64,000 bases of DNA from Octopus vulgaris (lineage: Eukaryota): contig OX597815.1 of assembly GCA_951406725.2 (NCBI GenBank), positions 49,476,001 through 49,540,000 on the forward strand, written 5' to 3'. Position numbers and translations under genes: made by a program. Within the stretch, counting starts at the first letter, position 1. Each line of letters begins with the position of its first letter. The notes under the pieces are model-generated. The model was not told where the DNA came from. It made no database searches and worked only from the letters and a program-made list of their open reading frames with translations. Below are positions 11,962-24,923 of this stretch, piece by piece.

Positions 11962-12064
11962 TTGCCAACAATTGTTTCACTTCATACCCAATTTAAATTA
12001 CAAAGCATATACGATAATATAAATTTGCATTTTGAGTATCCTGGGTGGAAAATCTTCAGGGCAA
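11962..12064 (-). ncRNA. type I hammerhead ribozyme, core intact
   Basis: UUGCC-CUGAAGA-stem II (UUUC/GAAG, ACCCAG/UUGGGU)-GAAA-CAAUUG-UU-GGCAA; perfect stem I, palindromic stem III ACAAUUGU, GUU cleavage triplet. Confidence 0.85.
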
Positions 12065-12349
12065 AACGGACATTACAGAGCTTACATTTAGATCAATTGA
12101 AATACTTTGACAGACTATAAATATTTTTTATTTATTTAAATATGTGTGATTTTTGAAACCAGAGGGTAAGATTGAAAAAATCTTGAATCTAGGTGTATGA
12201 TCAGTGAGACAACATTATCTTATTAACAGTTGACAGTCACTCTCCAAATTTGCAATACTGTGCATTGAAATTACAATAACTAGAGACAATGTATTTTTTC
12301 TAATTACAGCATAGATTTAACTAAATACCAACAGATTGGGCTTTCATAA

Positions 12350-12390
<41 letters not shown>

Positions 12391-12392
<2 letters not shown>

Positions 12393-12465
12393 CCCTGATG
12401 CAGTACCAGGCAGTGGCTCTCATGGCTTCTGATCTTCTTTGATGGCATGAACTGCTCTCTCACTC
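12391..12465 (+). mobile_element. internally deleted copy of (AAT)n-targeting element family E
   Basis: Has both ends (TGCCCTGATGCAGTACC / CTGCTCTCTCACTC) of the 46072 and 47578 copies, inside a pure (AAT)n array. Confidence 0.85.
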
Positions 12466-12516
<51 letters not shown>

Positions 12517-12840
12517 TTTTATTATTCTTGTAGGTACGCCTCAGTTGTGTTTGGCTATTATTACTGCCTCTATTAATATAGGATAATCTGATTCTGTTAT
12601 AGATATTTTGTATATTTTCATAAATAAACTAATCTAAACTTGCCTAACATACTATTATGCTAGGTTAGGTAGGTTATAATATCTATTTCATAAACGTATA
12701 TAAAATATGCATTTGTAATCTCTCATGGTAAAATTCATTCTTCATATGCTTTCTCTTTACCAAAGTAAAAAGATTTTTTTCTCGTTTCATTATTGCTTTT
12801 AATGTGAAGGAATTACTAAATTAAAGCAAATAACTACATG

Positions 12841-13220
12841 GGTGCAGGTGTGGCAGTGAGGTAAGATGTTTACTTCTCAATCACATGATATGGGGTTCTG
12901 TACCATTGTGTGGAACCTATGACAAGTTTCTTCTACTAAAGCCTCAGTCTAACCAAAGCTTTGTCAGTTGATTTGGTAGATGGGAACTGAAAGAAGCCCA
13001 TTGTATATGTATGTGTGTGTTTGTCTTCTACCACTGTTTAACAACTGGTGTTGGTTTGTTTATGTCCCTGTAGCCTAGCAATGAGACTGACAAAATAAGT
13101 ACCAGAACTTCAAAAATAAATAAATAAATAAATAAGTACATAGTATTGATTTGTTTGACTAAATCCCTCAAGGTGGTACCCTGGCATGACCACAGTCCAA
13201 TGATTGAAACAGGTAAAAGG
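12841..13220 (+). mobile_element. SINE family A (older copy)
   Basis: Head, core and tail homology to 44465. Confidence 0.75.
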
Positions 13221-13849
13221 GGGAAAAAAAGAACACTGCACACAAACATGAAAGTTTTATTTAAATTAACATTTTCCTTAGCTTTTAAATACTTTGGCAT
13301 GTTTATTGATGATACTATCTTTAATTTGTGGCCAAACCGAGTTAAAAAAATAAAAGTACTTTTTGCAGAGTTTATGGCATTTATTTAATTTTCCAATGCT
13401 CTAGCTATCAGTTTTCCTTAACTCCTGAATTTTAATTAATATATCCTTACAATACAAACAGTGGCAATGCTTCAGCACTGCTTCAGCAATTCTCCCTTTA
13501 CTGTTCTCCTATGAGGGCTTGCAGAAATTTGCACCATGAGCAAATTTTGTTTTTCTTTGCAACATATGTGCACATCCATGTGAGCAACCATCCCTCAAGT
13601 TCCTTCAATTAAAAAAATACGATTTCCTTTTAAAATCTTTGTGTGCACACTTTTTCCCCTTTCTGAATTGTAAAAAAAGTGTGTACTTGTGCACAAATAC
13701 ACAGCTGAGAGGGAACATTGCATTCCACTATTGCGGGCTCTTATTTATTCTTGATGATAGAAAATGAAATGCGCAGCCTCAGGTTCACTGGCTGATCAGA
13801 GGGAAATGCATACAAATCAATGGAAGGATCTCGAGATGTATTTTATATC

Positions 13850-15775
13850 AATTGCTTAAAATGAAAAAGAAGTACCAGATGTGTACTCTGAATGGTGTGA
13901 TTGCCAATGAAGCTAATAAACTTAATTACTTTGCTTTCCCTGTTATCCTGAATTTTGAGATTTTAAATGTAGCCTTTAGCACTTCTTATCACAACCTTGG
14001 CAAACAATTTAAACTGAAAACCTTGAAAGCAAACAAAAGATTCAAACTATGTAACTTGGAATCTTAGATGAAGCTTCAGAGACATTTTTCATTTGGAATA
14101 TGAGTTGAGGTTTTTTAGAATCAAAACTCTGAACTATAATGGTGAAATAATGCAACATTTTCTTTTGCATGTAATTGCTGTTATCATTGTTTACAGTTAA
14201 GAGGGAAACATAGTTAATTTAGTAATCAAGGGATCATAACATTGAACTGAAGACCCAAACAATGGAACCTTCTTTGTATTTCCCAAGAGCATGTGCTACA
14301 GTTGAAGGAATACCAGAGAAAAGGCAAACACCATCAAGTTCACTGATTATCTCCTGAGTTTAGAACTTTCTAACCTTGTAAAGCAATGTATTCTGCAAAG
14401 AAGGAATTCTTCAAAATATTCCTCAGTTATGGATGCAGCTGACATTTCTGTGAGTTGTGTAAAGTTAAAGGACAGCAAACATGAGGTACATGAGAGATTT
14501 CTTAAGTGTGCAAACTACAACAATAAATACAGGGAAGAGATCATAAACTCTTTGGAAGAGCATGCCATTCCTTTGAGTTATGGAAAAGCACAGTTGTATT
14601 ATAACAGTGCTAAATTGACTGGTAAGTACTATGGCAGTCAAGCAAAAATACCAGAGCTGTGTTTAATAACAATTGACTACACATGTAGCAATCATGCTCA
14701 ATTTGTATAAAAATGAGGCAGCTGAGTGAATATCGAAAACAATGACATTTTTAAACTGTTCAAATGATTTGCAACTTGTTCAATTCCAATCCTAAATGAT
14801 TTTTGCATCTCACCTTAATGGCATTCAATTATTGTTGCCAAGTCATTGAGAGATTGACTTAACAACCAAGGCAAAGAATGGAATGGATGGAGTATCAGCA
14901 TTCATAAAAAAATTTTGCTTCAGTGTTGATGTAAGATGTTTGGTATAAAGTGTTGGCTCTAACATATATTTACCATCAAGTCATTCAAGCTGAACATGCT
15001 ACTTTGGATATGGGAGCATCTAATACAGAAACTCTCGTTGAAGATTTGATGAAGTTATGAAATAATATGAAATATATCTGGAATGAAGCCAAAGTGGTGT
15101 TGCCAGATCTTGAGATAATAAACTTTCCTATGTATGAACATGGGAGCAATGAATCAAAGACACAAAGAATGCTAGGCAATACAAGACATGAAACCAACTT
15201 GCCAGGAATGATAGATCATTCACCAGAAGAGGTCAACTTCAGAAAAGTTTGTTTTATGTTATGTCTGTACTGTTGTTGTATTGCGTAATTAACGATTCAT
15301 CTTTGTGTGATTTAGAAGGTGGTTGAAAATTTTGATTTCTTGTGTCTGAAAATATGCTAGAAAGCTCCTTCAAAGAAAACCCAAAGACTTAGCATGCCAA
15401 TATCCTAATGATCTCGTAGACTTTGAAACAGAAATGCAGCATTTATCTTTAGTATATACAGAAAATGTGGGATAACTGGAAATGAAATCTTCAGAATTGT
15501 TAAATTCATAAACTGACTACAAACTTGGTGAAATAGTTTCAAATATTTATGTGAGTTTGAAAACATTGTTGACAATATCGACTGTAACAGCACTAGCAGA
15601 AAGATGTTTGAAACAAACTAAAACATATCAATAACTATTTAAGGTCTACCATCTCTCAAACTTGACTTGTTGATTTAACAAGATTGAGCATCGCCAGAGA
15701 AATTGATTTTGATAATATTATTAGAAATTTCGCAGATAAAAAAACGTCAGAAAAGCTCATTTCATTAGCTGATTA
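13850..15775 (+). pseudogene. decayed hAT transposase (ZMYM1/Charlie-like)
   Basis: Fragments EVHERFL..KAQLYYNSAKLTGKYYGSQAKI..CSNH (cf. ERFL..RGQxYDNGANMxG..C..H) and a C-terminal dimerisation-like segment AERC..NYLRSTISQ..REIDFDNIIRNFA; many stops and frameshifts; left boundary uncertain. Confidence 0.75.
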
Positions 15776-16157
15776 GGCTTATCACTGCTTTGTATAAAGT
15801 ATATTGTTATCTAGTCAGTCTGGTGCACAGGGAATAAAGCATTTACAAAAGTTTACCAGTGGTCATATTCAGATAGTCTGAGATTAGCCATCATGTTCAA
15901 TTATGCTTTCATAATCATACATCAAAAGCTGTCTGCTTTGTTCACATTTTATCAGAATCATATTTTTCTACATAGTTTGAAAAACTACAGCTTTAATATT
16001 ATATGTTATACCATTACCTTGTTTTTAGACTTTCAACTTTTATGGAATTACAAGAGTACCATAACCACATCTAAGCCTGGTAAAACTGTCCTTTTCAGGT
16101 CTAACTACAGTCAAATTTTTCCAGTGACAGACAGGTAGGTAAACACACACACACACA

Positions 16158-16298
16158 TAGTCAAATCAATTAACTGAACATTAAGAATAACAATAACAAA
16201 ACAACAAGAGGATGTGCACATGGAATGTATTAGTTTGATGCTCAGTAAAGGTGAAAAAAAGATAGGGGTTTTGATGTTTCAAGCATAGCTTTTCAACG
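16158..16298 (-). mobile_element. mini-element with partial minimal hammerhead
   Basis: Minus strand ..GUUGA-aAAGC-UAU-GCUU-GAAA-CA-UC-AAAA plus the downstream motif shared with 25907, 31908, 50824. Confidence 0.55.
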
Positions 16299-16326
16299 TG
16301 TGGTTACATAGATGTGGAAATATATA

Positions 16327-17583
16327 CAGTGTGTGAGGGGTATTTAAAGACAATTTTGGTATACAATAAACTAACTATATTTCAGCATAAATAAATATGT
16401 ATTTGAATAAGCATTTGCGCAATTAGTCTTGATAATGATTTTTTAAAGCTAATTATTCTATGAGACCATCTTCAGCATCGATGACTGCTTCAATGCAGGT
16501 CCAAAACCGCTGGCATGCTCACACTATATGGTCCTTATTCATTTTGGACATCACCTGGATGGTGGCAGCCTTCAGTGAAACTATGATATTATGAGAATGA
16601 CGAGTAGTCTCCCTGTCAACAGCACTTCACATGTAGTAGTCCATGGAGTTCAAATCTGGTGAGTTTGGAAGCCACATATTGGGTGTTACAGAATAGTAAA
16701 GGTAGACAATCAGTATTGGTTGACTAAAGCTTTGTGAGAAGGTGCTGAGTCTTGTTGAAACACGTATGGCCTTCTACTGCATACGTCATCAATCCCAGGC
16801 TTGATAATAGTTTCCACTACCTCAGTGTATCCAGTAGCATTAATTCTAAGACCTTGTGGAAAGAAGTGGGAAGGTATCATATGACATTCACTACTCACCA
16901 ATCCTAAAACCATCACAGTTACTGGAAATTTCATGCGCATCACTCTGGGTACTTCAGAAGGATCTGCACATAACCATCTGTCATTTCTTCTGTTAGACTT
17001 TTGATCCTGGTCAAAGTCTTTTTTGTCAGGGAAAAACCATAACATGCCTTGTTTGTGAGGGATTTTCACTTTGCTAAGTAACCATTTTGAACGGATGAGA
17101 TGGTTTGTTTGTCTGTGTCTTTGCAGACACGAATTGGCCTTTCCTCATTACATAGGACTTGTATCAAATGTCACGATGTACCACAGTTCTGACTGTCCAC
17201 TCTGACACCCAAAGTTCTTTAGCAATGGACCTCATTGATCCTCTGGGGTTTTCATTGATAATGTTTTGAACATGTATAAATTCCGGTGTCCTTTTAGTGT
17301 CTACGAGTTGTGAATGTTTTTTTCTCTTTGATACAGTTGAGGCATTACCATCACATGCCTCCAATTCCAACCGAACTTTGTATACAAAGGATCTTGCAAC
17401 ATTTAGAAACTTATTAATTTCTAAATCACTGTGGTTTGCATGTATAGCAACTATGACTGCATGTATTTTAGTTTCTTGAGTTAGCATGATAAGGGTTATC
17501 TGAAAATAAAAAATGATACATTATATAATTTGAAGGTGTAATGAATTAAAAGCAAAATGTCTTCAAATACCCCTCGCACCCTG
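16327..17583 (-). mobile_element. full-length Tc1/mariner transposon, DD37D (maT)-like, transposase disrupted
   Basis: ~31-bp TIRs CAG(T/G)GTG(T/C)GAGGGGTATTT(A/G)AAGACA, TA TSD on both sides; ATG at 17487, HTH region, WFFPDKKDFDQD, QQDSAPSH, WLPNSPDLNSMDY; stops and frameshifts. Confidence 0.92.
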
Positions 17584-17606
17584 TATATACATGTGTGTGT
17601 GTGTAT

Positions 17607-17643
<37 letters not shown>

Positions 17644-18527
17644 TGACCAAGTACTGGACTGGTACTTGATAATATGAAAGGCAAACCTCAGTGGAGTTGA
17701 AGTCAGACGAGAGAGAACAGAGGTAACATGGCAAGGCATGCATTCTGTCCAGTACTCTCATGATTTGCCAGATTTGTTCCCATATTTAAAACTTTGATTT
17801 TTAATATAGGAGAAAGCGGAAACAGAAACTCACTAACTCCATCTGGTAGGATTTCTCGTGAAAGCCATGGGTGACATGTCAGGTGAGACTGTTGCAATTA
17901 ACACACAACCAAGACTTATACAGTTCAAAATCTGCACATGAAAAAAACAACAAAAAACATTAGTTCTGGTGGTGCCCCAGCATGAACACAGCCTAATGAC
18001 AAGTAATAGATAAAAATATAACTGTAGCTCTATCACCTGTGCTTTCAATACTGTGAACTTCACTTTTAGAATATAAAAACTAGGAAGAGGAAGTGGTAAA
18101 CTGGGTGGCTTGCTAGATTCACCACCTAAAAAATGATGATGATGATGATGATGATGATGACTAGAAATTTTTCTCTGGTGATGGTGGTGTCAGCAGCAAT
18201 GATTACATATTGACAACAGGATAGAGTGAGGCATGAAAAGCTGATTGTTTTTACTTGTGACACAATGCAGTACCAATGACAGGTTACAAAGTGTTAAGCT
18301 GTTTTGGCTGGCAGGTCTAGCCAGATGTGACACTCTAGAGAATGGAAATTAATATGTTTTAAAAGACGACTTTCAAAATAAGTTTCATTGAAAATAAACA
18401 TAAAAACAGAATAAATGATTTTCTCTCTGAATTTTATATGTGATATTTTATTAATTTTCAATAGAGTTTCAGCTATTAAAAAATAACAGAAGACTATATA
18501 ACTTGAACTTATCTATACTGAAATATG

Positions 18528-18568
<41 letters not shown>

Positions 18569-18758
18569 GCATGTGTGTTTGTGTGTCTGTGTTTGCGTGT
18601 GTGCACATGCACACATATGTATGTGTGTTTATGTGTGCAAGTGGTGTGCATATATATATACAAATCTATTCATGTATATATATATGCATATATATATATA
18701 TATATATATATATGCATATGTATATATATGTGTGTATGTGTGTGTGTGTGTATGTATA

Positions 18759-19400
18759 CAGGGTACGATAGGTGAACTGTTGCCATTTTATACTTTTGAT
18801 TTCAAGCATGCGCATTGTTTGTTTTTGATTTTGTCAGCTACACAGTATAGTAGGGTCAGTTGGGCACCATCTGTGAGTAAAACAGCACCATGTCACATTT
18901 CACTCTGCCAGAAATTTGGAAATGACATGCTGTACTGCTTGGCATTCATGCTGGAAGATCCACTACGAACATTTAAGAGTGTTTGGGTGTCAATCTGAAG
19001 ACATGTTCCAAGAGTGATAAAAATCAAATATCCTGTTAACATCTTGGTATTTGGAGTGATTACTAGTGATAGCAACATTACGCCACCATTCATCTTCCCT
19101 CCTAAACATGGAGGCCTACATCAATTACCTGGAAGAGGTAGTGCTGCTCTGGGTCAAGAGAGTGGCTGCTGGAAGATTGTATGTTTGGCAACAGGACTCT
19201 GCACCATGCCACACAAGCAGGAAAACCCACTCATGGCTGTTAGACAATTTCTGCGACCACATCGTCCCTAACATCTGGTCACCTTACTCCTGAGGCTGCA
19301 ATCCCTTGTTTATGCATTTTGTGTGGCGTGCATTTGAGCGACAGACAAACAAAACTTTTAACACCAATGATGAACTGAAGACAAGGCTTATGGCAGCCTC
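18759..19400 (+). mobile_element. internally deleted DD37D (maT)-like relic
   Basis: TA|CAGGGT start; VFGVITSDS..PPFIFP and QQDSAPCH..WSPYS*GCNPL with 37 residues after the second D. Confidence 0.8.
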
Positions 19401-19458
19401 CTGCAAGTTTATATGGGATCCCTTGACAACAATATAACCTTCATTTGATTAAGGTATG

Positions 19459-19548
19459 TTTGGCCTGATGAGCAGCTAGTGTATTACCCCTTGTTTGGGT
19501 AACTACTACTTCTGAGGATCTGCTAGCTATGAAACATATATGGCTTAG
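19459..19548 (+). ncRNA. type I hammerhead motif (cleavage triplet mutated)
   Basis: UUUGGC-CUGAUGA-GCAGCUAG...CUAGCUAU-GAAA-CAUAUA-UG-GCUUAG; homologous to the split copy at 3126-3385 (GAAACAUAUGUA). Confidence 0.75.
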
Positions 19549-19596
19549 ATTTTATCGGCTCCATTCCCTAATTTTTGGATTATATATATAATCTAT

Positions 19597-20120
19597 GTTG
19601 TAGATAAATAAACAGGACAAATTTACCTTTTTCTCCATAGAGTGAAAAAAATGATAAACAACCTTAACTGATTTTCGAACCTTATTGGGTGCACATGACC
19701 AATCCCAGAGAAATAAGCAGCCAGTCATTTTATATACTTAACAAATTCTGTAGCTACAGACAACTAGAAGCACTAATTTGCATGCTGTTAGTGTTCAACA
19801 TCATCATTTAATATCAGTCACCTGTGAACAGGGTTTGCAGTTCATTTAGTATCGAAGTATGATATAATAATATGCGTAACCTGTTTTGTAGATTTACACA
19901 TAGGGCAAATTTATCTATTTCTTCATGGACTGAAACAAATGATGAACAGCTTTAATTGATTTTCAAGCCTTATTAGGTTTTCATCAGAAGTGTACATCAA
20001 CGTAACCAATCCCAGAGAAATAAGCAACTAATCTGCTTATATACTTAAAAAAATTCAGTAGTTACAGAGAACTGGAGCTACTTAGCATACCATAAGTGTT
20101 TAACACTTTATTTAATATCA
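19597..20120 (-). repeat. tandem dimer (~288-bp period) of a hammerhead-containing unit
   Basis: ACCAATCCCAGAGAAATAAGCA and flanking blocks occur twice; hammerhead in each unit (one partly deleted). Confidence 0.8.
19950..19990 (-). ncRNA. minimal type I hammerhead ribozyme, core intact
   Basis: CUU-CUGAUGA-AAACCU-AAUA-AGGCUU-GAAA-AUCAAU-UA-AAG. Confidence 0.8.
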
Positions 20121-20212
20121 GGGTGTAGTCAACAAGGATCTCTGTCCACACTGTATCATGGTAGGATATAATAATGGGTGCTCAAATGGGAAAGGGATCA
20201 ATTATTATCATC

Positions 20213-20585
20213 ATCATAATTGTTTAACTCCACTTTCCTTGCTGGCATGGGTTGGACGGTTTGACATGGAACTGACTAGCAGGGAGATGTCCAGACTTCA
20301 ATTGTCTGTTGTGGCAGAGTTTCTACAGCAGGATGCCCTTCCTAATGCCAACCACTTAACAGAGTGTACTGGGTGGTTTTACATGCCCCTGGTGCATAGG
20401 TGCATTTACATAGCACCAGCATGGGTGCTTTTTAAATGGCACCAGAGCTTGAAAGGATAAGCCTGTTCATGTGGAAGACAGCGATTTTACTTAGCTTGTT
20501 GTGTCTTATCAAATACAGCAAATCGTCACATCTTCTGGTCCCTTGTCATTTCCTCAGTGAGGCCCAGCATCTGAAGATCCTTTCT
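20213..20585 (-). mobile_element. retroposon family D
   Basis: GCTGGCATGGGTTGGACGGTTTGAC, GGATGCCCTTCCTAATGCCAACCAC. Confidence 0.7.
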
Positions 20586-20966
20586 TGTAGTAATATTTAT
20601 TTATTTAGTTAAAGCTGAGAATTCACTGTTTCAGTCATCCAAACCTATCATGCATGTTGTGAATTTGTTCCAATTTGAAGGTGGGAAAAATTTCTAGAAT
20701 GATTGAATGTATGTACACAATCAATGCACTCCTAGTAGACAAACCTGGAAGGATAAAATGCCCCCACTTTATACTATAAAATTGTTGGTGATATGAAGGA
20801 TATCTTGCTGCAAAATCCACACAACCTAGCCATCCTCACAAAACTTGTCATAGCCAGACAAGAGAGATTACCAGTTTTCCCTCTATTGTGGTGGGTACTG
20901 GAGGACAAAGGACTACAGCATATGTCAGCTTAGAAAAACAGATGTGAAATAAAGGAAATGTATACG

Positions 20967-21079
<113 letters not shown>

Positions 21080-21742
21080 CTATATACAACAAACATTCTA
21101 AGAAACAGATGAGAACATATTTTTCCCTTTTTTTTTAAAAAAAAGAAGGTGTAGTGGAGGGTAAGTAAGAAAAGACTGACAAAAAATCACAAACTATTCA
21201 AGAAGGAAATAATGTTAGACCAGAAGATAAGGCACATATTGAAAATGATGTGAAACTAAACAGGATGAAGAAAACATGCTCCTTTTAAGGTAAAGCCGAA
21301 GCTGACATTCACTCACAAACAGAAAGAAGCCTGACCCTACTCCTGAAGAAACCACTGCTTTCACAATAATAATTTCTCCCTCGCAAGCTATTTCACCTGA
21401 TATCTTTGAATCTCAATTTTCTTTGCAAGATAGAGAATTTTGTGACTTCTAAACAAACATGGAGCAGATGAGGTGCAGAGATATACAGTGAGGTGAGGAG
21501 GTGGCATGGGAGGAAGAGCAGGAGGAGGAAGAGGAGAAGGAGGAAACTATAGTAACACTTCCATGTCAACATATCCGTTCAGAGCTGTGGCGCACATTCA
21601 GGAATGCACACACTGCGGCATCGCAGCTGTGTTTATATTGATCAGACCCCCAACCCATGCTAGATTCCTCAAATGTGACAAACACAAACAGCTTCACGTC
21701 TCATTTGTTACATTTTACTCTGGTGATGAAGGTGATGGTGCA

Positions 21743-21806
<64 letters not shown>

Positions 21807-22114
21807 AGGGCAATTATTCTAGTTGTAGTGATGTTGTTGTTGCTGTTGCAGCTGGTGGTAGTGATGGTGGTGATGGTGGTAGTGGTGGGGGAGATGGTGT
21901 TGGGGTTGACATAGGAAGCTTTCTTACTTATTAATTTCTTTCTTTCTTTTTTTTTTTTTCTTAAGCAAAATTTTGCCTGCTTCTCTATTTAGATATTTAT
22001 CAACTTCTGTAATGACAAATTTATAAACAAAAAATTGTATTTTTAAACTCTGCTATATGTTGTAGTAAGTGTGTATTGCAAAATGTGTGCAAGCATCTGT
22101 GAATATGTGTGTGG

Positions 22115-22160
<46 letters not shown>

Positions 22161-22279
22161 CTGTATGCGTGTCTGTGTATGTATGCACGTGTATACATCA
22201 GTATATATTCATGTGCATGAATGTACATATTTTGATATATTTCTATGCATACATATATAGGCATATACATAGATAAAAG

Positions 22280-22315
<36 letters not shown>

Positions 22316-22344
22316 ATACATACATATATATATATGTATGTATG

Positions 22345-22396
<52 letters not shown>

Positions 22397-22445
22397 GATG
22401 TTTGAATATATGAACACATACAAAAATATCACCACCAATATACAT

Positions 22446-22485
<40 letters not shown>

Positions 22486-22999
22486 GAACAATTACTTTTT
22501 ACTGGAGTTTGAAAATTAATTATTATTTAAGCAAGATGCTGAAGGACATTTTCAGTTAATTGTAAATTTAGAAAAAAAAAAATAATGAATTGCTAAATTT
22601 GACATTTTCAATTCCATTACTGCTGGAACAGCAGTTTTTATGTGTACATATATTTGCATGTGTTTGAGTCTTTACCTTTTTGCATGAGTGTGTACGTTGC
22701 AAATAAGTATATAAACCTGTTTATATATATAAGTTTTTGTATAAATTATATTGATTCATACAAATACAAAATATAAATACACACAACACAAGCGTTTCAT
22801 ATTGCATTACATATCGTCAACAACATTACACACCTTGCTAAAGCACAAAATATCAAGCTTCAGTCCATTCAGTAATAAAATATATCATATCACACAGCAA
22901 TATAATAAATACATATATATGTTACAATAATATCATAATAACAAAATGTCCTGTACATGCTACACCACATGATACTATAGTAGAACACTTTGTCGTTTG

Positions 23000-23450
23000 A
23001 TTTAGGCTTAGCACTTCTTACATTGGGAGATGCAAATGGCAGCAAGATTCCTCTACCATAGTCAATCTGTCACAGTTCTTTCAACTTCTGTCCAACTGGT
23101 TGTAGTGCATTTGAGATCTTCTAAAAATATCTGGTGTTAGGTGTTCTTGAGATAACCATTTTTGCCATTCTCTTTATTTCAGAATTCCCTCTGTCATGGT
23201 AGTCTTTGCATGCAAGTGACTCTTGGGCTCAAAATATTTACCAGCCCAGTAAAACTAGTTCAGTACTATGATGTTTTGCAATGGCTGACATTTACTTCAT
23301 TTAAAAATGTCTTCGTTTTGTAATTCCAGCTGGCCAGATGACTTTCAGGATCTTCTGCTGACATCGTTGGTGGAATATGCTTAACTTGGCCATTTTTTGC
23401 AGATATTTTCTGTGTTTCAAAGTCAGATAGAATCATTAGTAAAATTATTG
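23000..23450 (-). mobile_element. RTE-clade LINE 3' relic
   Basis: Frameshifted translation ILSDFETQK..KLSIFHQRCQQKILKVIWP (cf. LYGCETW..FHxRCLRxILxIxW), ending ..DLK..SWTEVER..W.RNL with a TAAGCCTAAATC tail. Confidence 0.7.
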
Positions 23451-24699
23451 TACTATAAAACCAGACCATCATGTTAGCACTAATGCTTGTCGTAGTTATA
23501 TAGCACAGCCCAACAAGATAGCCTCCAAATGGTCTCTCGACCTGCAAAGAATAGCAGCTAAATTCTCCTTAACCATCATCTGCACTATCATAAAAGTCAG
23601 AATCCTCATCCTTAGATATCATCTGATCAAACTGAATCCCAAGGATTGTTCTAACGCTCTTTCTATGGGTATGTACAATGTAGGGGTTTCACTTACTTTC
23701 ACAGTGGTTGATAGGCAACAGCAGAATTTGAACTCAGGAAACAAGCAGCCAGAATGAATATTATGAGGCAATCTATTCAACAGCCTAATGATTCTGCAAG
23801 CCTACTGATTCTAAAGACTGATATTTTTTTCCATCAAATCCTGAATCTCAGGGATACAAAAAACTGAAAAAGATTCTGTAAGATATTTCAACTGATGTTC
23901 CAATGCTTCTACCAATTTCCCACACATCAAATTATATGGTCCAAGATACACCCAAAACATGGAAGCATTGCTCAGCTAGGTCAGGACTCACTTTTGGTTA
24001 AGCAATAGCAGCAAGGATTTTATATATTGACAAGTCAAATGTGGTTGTGTGATTAAGAAGTTTTCCCCCCTCACACAAAGTTTTAAGTTCAATTCCACTG
24101 CATGGCACCTTACGTACATCTACTATAGTCTTAGGAAAGCAGAAACTGAAAGAAGCCCATCATGTATGTATATATATGCTTTCTGTCCGTCTGTCTCTCT
24201 CTCTGTGTGCCTCTGTGTGTGTGTGTGCATATTAGTGCATATGTGCATCTATTTATATAGAGGCGCTTATATGTCAATGTTTCTACTGTTTGGATAATCA
24301 AGGTGTTAAACCTGATTTGTTATTTAACACCCCTTTTATCAACCAAACAGGTGTTAAATCACACCCACTCTCTGCTTTATCTTCCTTTCTACTTCATATC
24401 TCACCTTGATTCTAAGCTTAACACCTTATTACTATTTTCTCCAAACAAATTATATAATCTTTAACCTTCCCAAAGACATCCTCCAGTTAAAGACAGCAAG
24501 TGAAATATGAGACCATTATCGAATTGTCTTTTCCACCAAAGGCAGAATTCTGCTAATGAAGTTGACATCTTTTGATTGTTCCTTTTTTAGATGTGGAACA
24601 CTGTGCATAGGTTTTAGATGGGTCTGTGCAAAAGTACTTTCTTTTTGTTGTTGCCACTAGATCATTCTGCAAGATCACTGTAAGGGCTCTCTACTTTAA

Positions 24700-24923
24700 C
24701 CATTTTGCATTTAAACCAGCCATATCCAGCCAAAATAGTTAGTCCTGTTTTTTATCTTCTAACTAACCAGATCCAGCTTCTTGCACTTCTTCTGCAATAT
24801 TATTCTGAAAATAAACAATCATGTTATTGAAATATCAAAGCTACAAGGTAATGCACAATTGATTCAAATCAATGTGAACAGATAAGCATTCCATTTGACA
24901 GAGAAATCTGAATGCTATATGTT
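24700..24923. mobile_element. piggyBac-type MITE (decayed)
   Basis: Homologous to 27601 and 4199; TTAA on the left. Confidence 0.65.

Noticed and set aside
12520-12540. TTCTTGTAG|GTACGC recursive-splice-like site
   Set aside because: The pyrimidine tract derives from the end of a microsatellite; no further support
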